In this document: one piece after another, positions 30,520 through 40,167 of the stretch
Layout: each line of letters starts with the position of its first letter
Numbering within the stretch: the stretch's first letter is position 1
NCBI GenBank assembly: GCA_041650895.1
Contig: JBAZKF010000001.1
Coordinates: 701,181-765,180 of the forward strand
Direction of reading: 5' to 3'
Source: Patescibacteria group bacterium
GTDB lineage: Bacteria; Patescibacteriota; Patescibacteriia; 2-01-FULL-39-33
Length of the DNA: 64,000 bases
Notes under the pieces: model-generated
Seen by the model: the letters and a program-made list of their open reading frames with translations, nothing else
Database searches by the model: none
Told to the model about the DNA's origin: nothing
Program-made: the position numbers and the translations under genes

Positions 30520-31335
30520 ATGATTAAAATTTTATTCATTGCTGATATTGTAGGAAAAATCGGCCGTAACGCCGTTAAACAAGAATTACCCCGCTTGAGA
30601 AAAAAATATAAGCCAGACTTGGTTATTGCCAATGCAGAAAACCTAGCTCATGGCATCGGAGCCACACAGAAAACTATTGATGAAATGAAGGAAGTAGGGA
30701 TAGACGCGTTTACTTCCGGCAATCATATTTGGGAAAAAGCCGGCAGTGATATCATGCTTGATGATGAACATAATAAGCTTATCCGTCCCGCCAATTATCC
30801 CACCAAGAAATCTGGTCGAGGACAGCTTATAATAAATATTGGCGAAAATAAGCTAATTGTGGTAAACTTAATGGGTAGAGTGTTTTTTGATTGCGGAGAT
30901 AGGGAAAGGGATGCTCTGCATGATCCTTTCAAGACGCTAGATAAGATAATCAGCGAAGATCGGCGAGCCTTGTATTTGGTTGATTTTCATGCGGAAGCCA
31001 CCTCAGAGAAAATCGCCTTGGCTAATTATTTTGACGGTAGAGTAACTGCGGTTTTTGGTACTCATACCCACGTGCAAACTGCCGATGAAAGAATCTTGTC
31101 CAAAGGCACGGCGTATATTTCCGATGCCGGCATGGTCGGTTATGCTGATTCTGTTATTGGCGCCGACAAACAGCAGATTTATAATTTATTTTTGAAAATC
31201 GGCCAGACCTCCAAGAAACATGACGTGCCGTCGCGTGGCCAGGCGGTATTAAACGGGATTTATCTTGAGTTAGATGAAAAGAGCCGTCGGGCTGGAAAAA
31301 TAGAAAGGATAAACAAGACAGTGGAAGTAAGATAG
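30520..31335 (+). CDS. ymdB: YmdB-like metallophosphoesterase (TIGR00282-type 2',3'-cyclic-nucleotide phosphodiesterase)
   Basis: MIKILFIADIVGKIGR...IANAENLAHGIG...FTSGNHIW; lies in the rny neighbourhood as in Firmicutes. Confidence 0.8.
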   Translation: MIKILFIADIVGKIGRNAVKQELPRLRKKYKPDLVIANAENLAHGIGATQKTIDEMKEVGIDAFTSGNHIWEKAGSDIMLDDEHNKLIRPANYPTKKSGRGQLIINIGENKLIVVNLMGRVFFDCGDRERDALHDPFKTLDKIISEDRRALYLVDFHAEATSEKIALANYFDGRVTAVFGTHTHVQTADERILSKGTAYISDAGMVGYADSVIGADKQQIYNLFLKIGQTSKKHDVPSRGQAVLNGIYLELDEKSRRAGKIERINKTVEVR

Positions 31336-31437
31336 TTCATGAAGAAAAACATAGACAGGCGGAATGAAGTAGCAAGGTAATTTTTTAATCTATTAATTAA
31401 TAGAATTCAATCAGTAAAACATTTTTAAATCAAATAT

Positions 31438-31776
31438 ATGAACAAAGCAGAACTCTCTCAAAAAATTGCTGACAAGGCCGGTCTTAACAAGGCGCAAGCT
31501 GAATCGGCTTTAGAAGCATTTACGGAAATCGCCACCGAAACCATGAAAAGCGGCGGGGAAATCGTCCTGACCGGTTTCGGCACTTTTTCCGCTCGCGCTC
31601 GCAAAGGGCGAGAAGGTATTAATCCGCGCAATCCCAATGAGAAAATTGAAATTCCCACGGTTGTTGTGGCGAAATTCAAAGCCGGAAAAAACCTCAAGGA
31701 TGCTTTAAAAGGCAAAGCTGGTAAAACTCAGCCGGTTGTTCCTGAATCAGCCGAGGCAGTTCCGGTACAAGAGTAA
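31438..31776 (+). CDS. hup: HU-family DNA-binding protein with short C-terminal extension
   Basis: MNKAELSQKIADKAGL...GFGTFSARARKGREGINPRNP; terminator at 31785-31814. Confidence 0.9.
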   Translation: MNKAELSQKIADKAGLNKAQAESALEAFTEIATETMKSGGEIVLTGFGTFSARARKGREGINPRNPNEKIEIPTVVVAKFKAGKNLKDALKGKAGKTQPVVPESAEAVPVQE

Positions 31777-31854
31777 AATTAATTAAACACCCGAATTTTC
31801 AGGGTGTTTTTTATTAGCCCTGCCATAATTATTTATGGTGATTAATCTAATTTT

Positions 31855-33819
31855 ATGATCACTCTCACAAAGACGCATCTTAAAACTTCAGCCGCATTAG
31901 TTTTGGCGGCTACTTCCGTCGCCTTATCGGTTTTGGCGACAGTCAACATTGGATCAGAGCCAAGAATTGCAACAGCTTTGTCATCTGCTTCCTATTACAT
32001 CGGTTGCGATGCCTATAGTAATGACACTAATGACGGCACATCGCCAGTCACGGCTTGGAAAACTTTTTCTCGATTCAATCAGATGCAGGGGACAGTGGGA
32101 TTAAGGGCAGGCGACCAGATTTATTTGCAGCGCGGTTGTACTTTTAAAGAGACATTGCAGATCGCCGCTTCCGGTTCGATTGGATCATTGATCAGTGTTG
32201 ACGCTTATGGCTCGGGCAATAGTCCGATAATTGACGGCGAACAAGTCCGCCCTTGGAATGTTTTAATTTTGAACCAAAGCTATATTTCTTTGAAGAATAT
32301 CAGTGTTATCAACGCCCGATCGGAAAATTCTCCTTCGGCCGGCTTGGTCGTTTATAATTCTTCTAATGTGGTTGTTGATGGAGTTTCCGCTATGAATAAT
32401 TGGGGTTATGGCGGAATATATTTTCTGGCCGATGTGGCCGGAACTGGCAATGATAATGCCGTAAAAAATTCCATCGTCAACGGCACCAAGGGAACGGCTT
32501 ATTCCCAAGTCAATGCTTATAATTATGGCGCTGGCATAATGTTCTACGCCAACGGATCAGATCGCGGTTTGGGCAATGAAGTTTTCAATAATCAGGCCTA
32601 CAATAATGGCGCTATAGGCATTAGCTTTTCCGGTTCCAATGGCTCTATTAAGAATAATACCAGTTACAATAATGGTGACGCCGGCATTGCTCTTTATTCG
32701 GCAACTACGGCCGGCAATATTATTGAATATAATACGGTTTATGGTAACTGCCGCATTTTTGATGACCGCGCCGGCATTAATCTGTTTATGACCGGTGGCA
32801 ATAATATTGTCAGATATAATAAGGTTTACGGCCAGTATGATACTTATAATAATCCCGAAGGATTAGCTATAATTATCGATCAGGGTAACAGTGGGCAGAA
32901 GTTGGGCACTCAAGGAATTCGTTTTGATGGCAGTGTCAATGGAGTTGCCGGAACCAATGGCAATGCCGTGATTTATAACGTGATTTATAACGAGGGCGAT
33001 GGCATACAGCTTTATAATTTTGCTAATGTTGCGGTTTATAATAATACCGTGTATAACAGCAAACGTTTCGGTTTGGTTTTGGCTGGATCACTGATAACCG
33101 GAGCGCAAGTTAAGAATAATATTATCAGCACCATGGCGGACGGCAATACTTCCGGCAATTACAAAACTCTTTTGGGAATTGTCGGCGCTACCGGCAATAC
33201 CATTAATTATAATCTTTACTATCCCAGCGGTTCCTATACTAAACCGGCCGGACAGGATGTTAATTCTTTGATTGTTGATCCTAAATTTAATAACGCTATT
33301 GCTTATGATTTTTCTCTTCAAGCAATTTCTCCGGCAATCAATAAGGGTGCAGTATTGGGTCTGACCCCCGATTATATCGGTTTGGCTGTACCGCAAGGCA
33401 CGGTGCCGGATATGGGTGCTTATGAGTTCAGCGGCACGTTACCGCCGACTTGCATTGAGAATTGGTCTTGTGCTGATTGGAGTGCTTGTTCTAATGGCAC
33501 GCAAGCCAGAACTTGCGTTGATAGTAATAGTTGCGGCACTACGGCGAATATGCCGGCCCTCAGTCAAGCTTGCGTCTGTACCCCGACTACCTGCGCGGTT
33601 CAAGGCAAGAATTGCGGTTCCATTTCAAACGGCTGCGGTGGAACTTTGAATTGCGGTACCTGCAATGCGGCCCAGAATTGTACGAGTAATGTCTGCGTGG
33701 CCAAGACTTGCACTAATTCCGCTTGTTGCAAAGTTAAAAATCGTACTTATCCCTATTATAACTCCTCCAAGAGAAAGTGCTGTAAGTCATTTTTTAGCTC
33801 TTCCTGCATCGCCCCGTAA
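31855..33819 (+). CDS. Secreted right-handed parallel beta-helix (pectate-lyase-fold) protein with Cys-rich C-terminus
   Basis: Signal/TM anchor; many N-x-x-x-x-G-I/NNxxYNN beta-helix repeat rungs; 19 Cys in the last 130 aa. Confidence 0.65.
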   Translation: MITLTKTHLKTSAALVLAATSVALSVLATVNIGSEPRIATALSSASYYIGCDAYSNDTNDGTSPVTAWKTFSRFNQMQGTVGLRAGDQIYLQRGCTFKETLQIAASGSIGSLISVDAYGSGNSPIIDGEQVRPWNVLILNQSYISLKNISVINARSENSPSAGLVVYNSSNVVVDGVSAMNNWGYGGIYFLADVAGTGNDNAVKNSIVNGTKGTAYSQVNAYNYGAGIMFYANGSDRGLGNEVFNNQAYNNGAIGISFSGSNGSIKNNTSYNNGDAGIALYSATTAGNIIEYNTVYGNCRIFDDRAGINLFMTGGNNIVRYNKVYGQYDTYNNPEGLAIIIDQGNSGQKLGTQGIRFDGSVNGVAGTNGNAVIYNVIYNEGDGIQLYNFANVAVYNNTVYNSKRFGLVLAGSLITGAQVKNNIISTMADGNTSGNYKTLLGIVGATGNTINYNLYYPSGSYTKPAGQDVNSLIVDPKFNNAIAYDFSLQAISPAINKGAVLGLTPDYIGLAVPQGTVPDMGAYEFSGTLPPTCIENWSCADWSACSNGTQARTCVDSNSCGTTANMPALSQACVCTPTTCAVQGKNCGSISNGCGGTLNCGTCNAAQNCTSNVCVAKTCTNSACCKVKNRTYPYYNSSKRKCCKSFFSSSCIAP

Positions 33820-33912
33820 AAATATTAGAATAATATAACATTGAAGTATCAGACTGCCCCGCCAGTTAGGGGAAATAAAAAGCAACCGGTTTTAACCGGT
33901 TGCTTTTTGGTA

Positions 33913-34374
33913 TTAGAAACTGTTTAAATATTCGGTTATCACCGGTTTAATATTGGGTGCGCAATCATCAGGCAGATGGTTGATGTCAAACCACTCCAGA
34001 GCCAAAATTTCTTTTCCGGCTTGCGGGGTGCCGGTGATTTCTGCCAAATAGTGGATTAAGACAATCGCCTGAGGCAGATCTGCGCCGGTTTCCGGAATCT
34101 CATTCCAAACGATTATTGGTTTAAGCGGTTTGATCAGCTTAACTTCCGTTCCAATTTCTTCTCGGGCTTCCCGAATAGCATTCTCCTCCAGTGATGACCC
34201 GACCATGACTTTGCCGCCGCAAAACTTCCATTTAAGTTCGGAGATCGGCTTGTCGCCATGTTTGGTTAATAAAGTTTTTAGGATGCCGTCGCGCTGTTGG
34301 ATAATGACCGGACCGGAGGCAATCAGGGTGGTAAAAATCCCAATTTCTCCCGGTTTGGTAGTGTTAATGCCCAT
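33913..34374 (-). CDS. NUDIX hydrolase
   Basis: Nudix box GGKVMVGSSLEENAIREAREEIG. Confidence 0.85.
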   Translation of the reverse strand: MGINTTKPGEIGIFTTLIASGPVIIQQRDGILKTLLTKHGDKPISELKWKFCGGKVMVGSSLEENAIREAREEIGTEVKLIKPLKPIIVWNEIPETGADLPQAIVLIHYLAEITGTPQAGKEILALEWFDINHLPDDCAPNIKPVITEYLNSF

Positions 34375-34378
34375 ATTG

Positions 34379-35953
34379 TTAAAAGTATTTAAGCATATAG
34401 GTTCCTTCTAAATTATAACCTAATTTTTTGTAATATTCACGTACGCCGACTCCGGCGATAATGGCGATTTTTTGATAACCTTGTCGTCGGGCTAGTTTTT
34501 CCGCTTCAGCTAGAAGTTTTTTACCCAGTCCCAGATGCTGGACCTTGCCCTCGCCCCCCAACTCTAAGGCTTGGCCGTAAGTGTGCAACTCGCGGATTAG
34601 AGAGGCGTTTTTTAATTCCGGCAAAACGGGTTGTTCCGATTTGTTCGGCAGTCGCAGACGCAAGAAAGCGTAGAGAATTTTTTCATCCGGCGACTCAAAA
34701 CTCAAGAAGTACTCCGTACCCCCGTTGGCCTGATATTGTATTGTTCGCAATTTATAATTGGTAATTCGTAATTGTTTTTGGTGCCCAACTTCCCGACATC
34801 TGATGCATTTGCAAGACCAGCCGTCCTTAGCCGCTTGTTCGTTGATTAGTTGGCGTAAGTTGGTGATTTTATTGCCGGCAATAATGGATGTTTCGGGAAT
34901 ATCGCGGATAAGGCGAGTAATACGCACCCAGGGTGGCGTGATTCTTTTGATTTTTATCAGTAATTCAAGCAAATGTTTGGGGGTATAGGGTTTATGTTTG
35001 CCTTGTTTGTATAATTTATGCAAGTCGGCGTGTTCATTAACAACGCAAGGATAGATTTTTATCATATCCGGCAGGTAATTGCCGTCAGTATAAATTTTTT
35101 TAAACATAGCCATGTCCTTCGCCGGCGTAGAGCCGTACATGTTGGGCATCAAATGCAGATTGATTTTAAAGCCGGAATTTTTGAGCAATTTGATCGCTTC
35201 AATACTTTGTTTGGCCGTATGTCCGCGACGGTTTAACTTCAAGATTCCATCATCAGTATGCTGGACGCCCAATTCTACCCGAGTACAGCCTAATTCGCGC
35301 AAGCGTATAATCTCTTTGGGTGTGATATAATCCGGCCGGGTCTCCAGCGTTAGGCCGACACAGCGATGCTTGGCAGTCTCATTTTTGTTTTGCGCATCTT
35401 GCAGAGTTTTTGCCGGTTTGCCATTAAGCGCTTCCAAACAGCGTTTAATGAACCATTTTTGATACCGGGTAGAGTGATATGACCAGGTACCTCCCATGAC
35501 GATAAGCTCTATTTTTTCCGTCTTATGGCCATTAGCTTCAAGCGCCTTAAGCCGCATCTCTACTTGGCGGTAAGGATCAAAGTCATTGAGGACCGCGCGC
35601 ATCACCGCCGGCTCATTGCTCAGATATGATTTGGGCATGTTTTTTTCCGTCGGACAGAACAAACAATTGCCCGGGCAGGGCTGGGGTTTAGTCAAAACGG
35701 AGACAACTGCCACGCCGGAAAGCGTTCGTACAGCGCGTTTGGTCAGCAGACGCTCCAGATTCTTGTTCGGCTTGATTCTTTTTGTCTTGATTAATCGGCG
35801 GTACTGGGCAAGCAGAGCTGATTTTTCCGGAGGCGGGAGTTTCTGTTTTCCTGAAATTGAGCGGACAATATTAAATAATTCCTTATCTGAAACAGGATTG
35901 CTTTCGGCAATTTTTAAGATGATGTCGGCTAGTTGTTTTTGCTTGCCTTTCAT
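34379..35953 (-). CDS. elp3: Elp3-family radical SAM/GNAT tRNA uridine(34) carboxymethyl-modification enzyme
   Basis: CPGNCLFCP radical SAM cluster, ELIVMGGTWS, LTLETRPDYI, C-terminal GNAT with QHLGLGKKLL; 524 aa. Confidence 0.85.
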   Translation of the reverse strand: MKGKQKQLADIILKIAESNPVSDKELFNIVRSISGKQKLPPPEKSALLAQYRRLIKTKRIKPNKNLERLLTKRAVRTLSGVAVVSVLTKPQPCPGNCLFCPTEKNMPKSYLSNEPAVMRAVLNDFDPYRQVEMRLKALEANGHKTEKIELIVMGGTWSYHSTRYQKWFIKRCLEALNGKPAKTLQDAQNKNETAKHRCVGLTLETRPDYITPKEIIRLRELGCTRVELGVQHTDDGILKLNRRGHTAKQSIEAIKLLKNSGFKINLHLMPNMYGSTPAKDMAMFKKIYTDGNYLPDMIKIYPCVVNEHADLHKLYKQGKHKPYTPKHLLELLIKIKRITPPWVRITRLIRDIPETSIIAGNKITNLRQLINEQAAKDGWSCKCIRCREVGHQKQLRITNYKLRTIQYQANGGTEYFLSFESPDEKILYAFLRLRLPNKSEQPVLPELKNASLIRELHTYGQALELGGEGKVQHLGLGKKLLAEAEKLARRQGYQKIAIIAGVGVREYYKKLGYNLEGTYMLKYF

Positions 35954-36196
35954 CTGGAAATGATAGCATCAATTCGCTTAATTTTCAATTATTGTATTTT
36001 ATTTTTGTTTAAATTTGGCTAATAATGTAGTTTACACATCTAAAAAGAAAGCTAAACATGTTGACAAATAATCGTTTATGCGGTATAATTATATATTAGT
36101 ATTTGCCCTGTCGGCAAAGCTGATTCGCACCTAAAAATCGGTTAGCCGGCGGCTCTGGCATGGGGCTGGAGCAAGGGGCCGACCAAGGAGAACGCA

Positions 36197-36949
36197 ATGA
36201 GTAAGCGGAAGAACGTAGAATCTGTAGTGTCGGCAATGGGTGCTTTACTGTCCATTGTCACTAACTTGGTCTCTTATATTCGTGATTTTGGCGGCGATGT
36301 CGGCGAATGCATTTATCGGTTATCTTTGCCGGAGGGCAGGGAAACGCTTAAGACCATAGCCAACTTGGCTGCAAACAACGCCTTGCTGGCGAAGGGGATT
36401 TACCGAGTGTTGGTTGATTATTCCTTGACGCTTCCCGAGATGATTGCCGCAGGAAAATATGATAAGTCGGGGACGATTCCTGATTATCAAATTAAAGGAT
36501 TTGGCCGGCAACTGGTGGACATTGAGCTGTGGCGTCTCATTGAGAGTTGTCATGATGATAAGGAGGCGTTGGCTGAACTCCATAAAATGAAACCCGGCTA
36601 TCGTTTTGCCACCTTGCCCGAGTTGTTGGCCCTGGGCGCGGCATACCCTAATCTCCAATTACTTTTTATGATTTTATCTTTGGGGTCAGTTTGGCCGTGG
36701 TCTGGCGACAAGCATCATTTGGAATGTGCCTGTCTTAATGGTTGGTCAACAAGTGGGAGGCGTTTTTTGGGTCGTTGCTTGGTTGGTCTTACCGATAGGC
36801 CCCAACAAGGTCATTTGCCCTTTGAAGGTAATTGTCTATTCGCGATTGTCAAAGAAATCGGCCAGCAAGCGAACGTAGCCGCGAATGTAGTTGAATTTAA
36901 ATCGTCCAGCCCATCAACATCGCCCGATTGGTTTGAACGGACCGCTTAA
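36197..36949 (+). CDS. GC-elevated hypothetical protein, member of a CHD/W..D-motif paralog family (see findings)
   Basis: Promoter TTGACA-17-TATAAT 36059-36087, RBS AAGGAGAACG, terminator 36970-37006; motif SCHDD...H...YRFATLPE. Confidence 0.6.
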   Translation: MSKRKNVESVVSAMGALLSIVTNLVSYIRDFGGDVGECIYRLSLPEGRETLKTIANLAANNALLAKGIYRVLVDYSLTLPEMIAAGKYDKSGTIPDYQIKGFGRQLVDIELWRLIESCHDDKEALAELHKMKPGYRFATLPELLALGAAYPNLQLLFMILSLGSVWPWSGDKHHLECACLNGWSTSGRRFLGRCLVGLTDRPQQGHLPFEGNCLFAIVKEIGQQANVAANVVEFKSSSPSTSPDWFERTA

Positions 36950-37041
36950 AGCAGAACTTTTAATTTTATGCCCGCACGGCTTTCTGTTGTGCGGGTTTTC
37001 TTTTTGGCAAAAAGCTTAAAAAATGTTAAAGTTAGCTTATT

Positions 37042-37926
37042 ATGAACAGACAAAAAATAAGAAGAGTCCTTGATCAAACCAAGGATATTTATAATCGAAT
37101 CGCGCCTGATTTTTCAGATACGAGAAGTCATTGGTGGAAGGGTTTCGGCGATTTTGCCAAATATGTCAGACCGGGCGATCGGGTTCTGGATTTAGGTTGT
37201 GGCAATGGCCGGATGGCGGAGATTTTTACTGATTCAAAAGTGAGATATTTAGGTATAGATAATAGCGAGGAGTTGATAAAAATCGCTCAGGAAAGATTCA
37301 AAGATAAGCCATGGGTGAAATTTGAGGTCGGAGATATAACGGCTTTTGTCATTCCGAGCGAAGTTGAGAAATCTTTTGGAAATGAAAGCGATTCCTCCGC
37401 TCCGCTTCGCTCCGGTCGGAATGACAAGGAAGATAAACGCTCCGGTCGGAATGACAAGGAAGATAAACGCTCTAGTGGCAATGACAATACGAAGAATGGT
37501 TTTGATTTGGTTTTATTAGTTGCTGTTTTGCATCATTTGCCGACCAAAAAGCTACGGCTTAAAGTTTTAGAAAATATCCACCAGGCGTTAAAACCGGGCG
37601 GCAGATTGGTGATGGTCAATTGGAATTTGTGGCAGATTTTCGGCTGGAAAAAGAAATTCCGCTATTGGCCTTACCTTTTTAATTGGCCGGAAAAAATCAA
37701 GTGTGGCGTTTGGGGCGTGTCCGACGCTTTCGTACCCTGGAAGCCGGCAGGAAAAGAAACTAGGCGTTATATTCATTCTTTCACTAAGGGAGAAACGCGA
37801 CGATTGCTGAGGCGAGCCGGCTTTGCTATTGAGGAATTGGAATTCAAAGCCAAAGGCGATAATAAAAAAGGCATAATGTATGGCGATAATCTTTTGTCCA
37901 TTGCCGTTAAAAATGGTAAAATGTAA
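37042..37926 (+). CDS. Trm9/ALKBH8-like class I SAM-dependent methyltransferase (putative tRNA mcm5U methyltransferase) with repeat-encoded loop insertion
   Basis: IYNRIAPDFSDTRSHWW + VLDLGCGNGR (motif I) + C-terminal RRYIHSFTKGETRRLL resemble Trm9; internal 30-bp x2 tandem repeat. Confidence 0.55.
   Translation: MNRQKIRRVLDQTKDIYNRIAPDFSDTRSHWWKGFGDFAKYVRPGDRVLDLGCGNGRMAEIFTDSKVRYLGIDNSEELIKIAQERFKDKPWVKFEVGDITAFVIPSEVEKSFGNESDSSAPLRSGRNDKEDKRSGRNDKEDKRSSGNDNTKNGFDLVLLVAVLHHLPTKKLRLKVLENIHQALKPGGRLVMVNWNLWQIFGWKKKFRYWPYLFNWPEKIKCGVWGVSDAFVPWKPAGKETRRYIHSFTKGETRRLLRRAGFAIEELEFKAKGDNKKGIMYGDNLLSIAVKNGKM
37411..37470 (+). repeat. Perfect 30-bp x2 tandem repeat inside the methyltransferase CDS
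   Basis: tccggtcggaatgacaaggaagataaacgc twice, encoding SGRNDKEDKR x2; flanked by 16-bp inverted repeat arms (37348-37363 and 37405-37425). Confidence 0.9.
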
Positions 37927-37928
37927 TC

Positions 37929-39293
37929 ATGAATATACCTGCTAAAATTTTCAAGGAGTATGATATCCGTGGCAAGTACCCGCAAGAATTAAATGAACAG
38001 ACGGCATTTGTTTTGGGCTTAGCATTTGCCAAAGTAACTAAAGCCAAAAAAGCTGTAGTTGGCCGTGATGCCCGATTAGAATCAGAAAAAATTTTTTGGC
38101 CGTTACTGTCCGGTTTAAGCCAAGGAGGAGTTAAAGTGCATGATTTGGGAGTTTGCGCCACGCCTGAATTGTTTTTTGCTGTGGGTGAACATGGTTTCCC
38201 CGCCGGCGCCATGATTACCGCCAGCCACAGTCCGGCCGGAGAAACCGGAGTGAAGTTTTGCGACGGTCGGGGTCGGGTTTTTGGGCTAAAGACTGGACTG
38301 AAGAAAATAGAGGCTTTGACGGAAAAAGTCCAACCGCAGAAGGTTAATAAACCGCAAGCTTCCTTTGCCTCCGTAACTAAAGAATACCGGGATTTTGTTT
38401 TGTCTCTGATTAATCCTCAGGAGTTAAGAGGTCTGAAGGTAATTCTGGATGCTTCCGGCGGTTCGGGGGCGCGTTTGGCTGAAACGGTTTTTTCTTTTTT
38501 GCCGGTAAAAACGACGCGGATGAATTTTTTCTCCGGCGATCCCTACCCTGATCATGGACTTAACCCCTTACTTAAAGAGAATCAGTCATCCATTATTAAA
38601 GAAATCAAGGCTGAGAAAGCCGATTTGGGGGTGATTTTTGACGGTGACGCGGATCGGGCGATATTTATTGATGAGCGGGGAAAGTTTGTTGAACCATATT
38701 ATTTGAATTGCTTATTGGCGGAAATAATCTTGGATTACAAACCGAAAATAGAAATTATTATTGATGCCCGCCTGGGCCTGGGCCTGTCTGAATTGATTCG
38801 CGCTAAAGGCGGACGAGTTATGCTCCATCGCGCCGGTTACGCCAATATTATCAAAACCATGAATCGGAAGAAACTTCTTTTCGGTTGCGAGAATTCCGGC
38901 CATTTTATGTTTAATTATCGTCTGTTTGGCCGTAGGAAGAATTATGTCTGGGGCGATGCAATTTTGCCGGTTTTACTTATTTTGTCGTATCTTAAAGATA
39001 ATAAACTGACTTTATCGCGGGCTATTAATGATTATTCTACCAAGTATGCAATTTCCGGCGAGAAGAATTATAAACTAAAGGATTTTAATCGGTTGGCTAA
39101 AAAACTTAAGCGGGAGTTCAAAGGAGCGGAATTTTCCACGTTAGACGGTTTATCGGTTAAGGATAAAGGAGATCGATGGTATTTGAACCTTCGACCGTCG
39201 CATACGGAGCCGTTGGTGCGTTTGAATGTAGAAGCTAGAAATAAAGATATTCTGGCTGAAATATTGATAAAAACAGAAAAATTAATTAAATAA
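37929..39293 (+). CDS. Phosphomannomutase/phosphoglucomutase (alpha-D-phosphohexomutase)
   Basis: Active-site loop TASHSPAGE, FDGDADR metal-binding loop, 454 aa. Confidence 0.8.
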   Translation: MNIPAKIFKEYDIRGKYPQELNEQTAFVLGLAFAKVTKAKKAVVGRDARLESEKIFWPLLSGLSQGGVKVHDLGVCATPELFFAVGEHGFPAGAMITASHSPAGETGVKFCDGRGRVFGLKTGLKKIEALTEKVQPQKVNKPQASFASVTKEYRDFVLSLINPQELRGLKVILDASGGSGARLAETVFSFLPVKTTRMNFFSGDPYPDHGLNPLLKENQSSIIKEIKAEKADLGVIFDGDADRAIFIDERGKFVEPYYLNCLLAEIILDYKPKIEIIIDARLGLGLSELIRAKGGRVMLHRAGYANIIKTMNRKKLLFGCENSGHFMFNYRLFGRRKNYVWGDAILPVLLILSYLKDNKLTLSRAINDYSTKYAISGEKNYKLKDFNRLAKKLKREFKGAEFSTLDGLSVKDKGDRWYLNLRPSHTEPLVRLNVEARNKDILAEILIKTEKLIK

Positions 39294-39456
39294 GACCCAT
39301 TATTTCCAGGTGTAATTTTTGATTGACAAAACACCCTAAAAGGGCTATACTTAAGATATGAATAAAGCGTACGCGTGAGCGGGCGTTTTTTCATTAAAAA
39401 GGTCGTTAAAATTAACAATTCCCTGGATTAATCAGCGGGATTAAACCCACAAATTT

Positions 39457-39780
39457 ATGAAAATAAGCATCATTCTATTTTTTGTGGGCGCCGTGGAAAT
39501 GCTTATAGTTACCCTATGGACCAAAGCGGTTACGGAAACCAAAATTTGGTCTAGCGGAGCTATTACTGTGATCAATATTTTGATCTGGTATTATGTGGTA
39601 CGGACGATTGTTGATAACGTCGACAATTGGTCGCTGGCTTTGCTTTATGCCTTGGGCTGCGCCCTGGGCACCATGGTGGGTACTTATTATTACCAAGTGG
39701 CGCGCAAAAGGATTCGTAAGTTGCGTCGTCAAAAACAACAGAAAGAATTAGATCAAAAGTATGACCGACGATTGGCCTAA
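39457..39780 (+). CDS. Small membrane protein (2-3 TM) with basic C-terminus
   Basis: Promoter TTGACA-17-TATACT at 39321-39349; terminator 39798-39840. Confidence 0.5.
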   Translation: MKISIILFFVGAVEMLIVTLWTKAVTETKIWSSGAITVINILIWYYVVRTIVDNVDNWSLALLYALGCALGTMVGTYYYQVARKRIRKLRRQKQQKELDQKYDRRLA

Positions 39781-39878
39781 CGGCTGTCTTACGCCGTAAA
39801 AACCGTCTTTAGCTTTATTAAGCGGGACGGTTTTTGTTTTGACAAAAATCGCAATCGTGGTAAGATTTAAATGATTAA

Positions 39879-40166
39879 ATGAATCAAAACTATATGGCAC
39901 AACAGAAATTTACCGTCGAAAAGGCCAAAGCCGTCGGCGAACAATTGGGTCTGGATTGGTCTAAATTTGATGTGGAGCAATTCCGTATGGGCATGGATGT
40001 GGAATTAGAGCATGGCACTGTTGGTCCGGCTACTAATGTCACCAACGATGATCCTCTAATGACTGGCAAAATCGCCTTGGCCCACTTGAATGAATTCGCT
40101 GATTATTACACGCGGTTAGATGAGATGGAAAAGTCTGCCGATGAATTTTGGGGAAAGGCAGAGTAG
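39879..40166 (+). CDS. Small conserved hypothetical protein
   Basis: 95 aa; its stop overlaps the murI start (operon). Confidence 0.5.
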   Translation: MNQNYMAQQKFTVEKAKAVGEQLGLDWSKFDVEQFRMGMDVELEHGTVGPATNVTNDDPLMTGKIALAHLNEFADYYTRLDEMEKSADEFWGKAE

Positions 40167-40167
40167 T

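Noticed and set aside
36088-36196. Possible riboswitch in the GC-rich 110-nt leader of gene 36197
   Set aside because: No match recalled to any known riboswitch core (fluoride, ZTP, preQ1, SAM-II, guanidine); likely just a structured 5' UTR.
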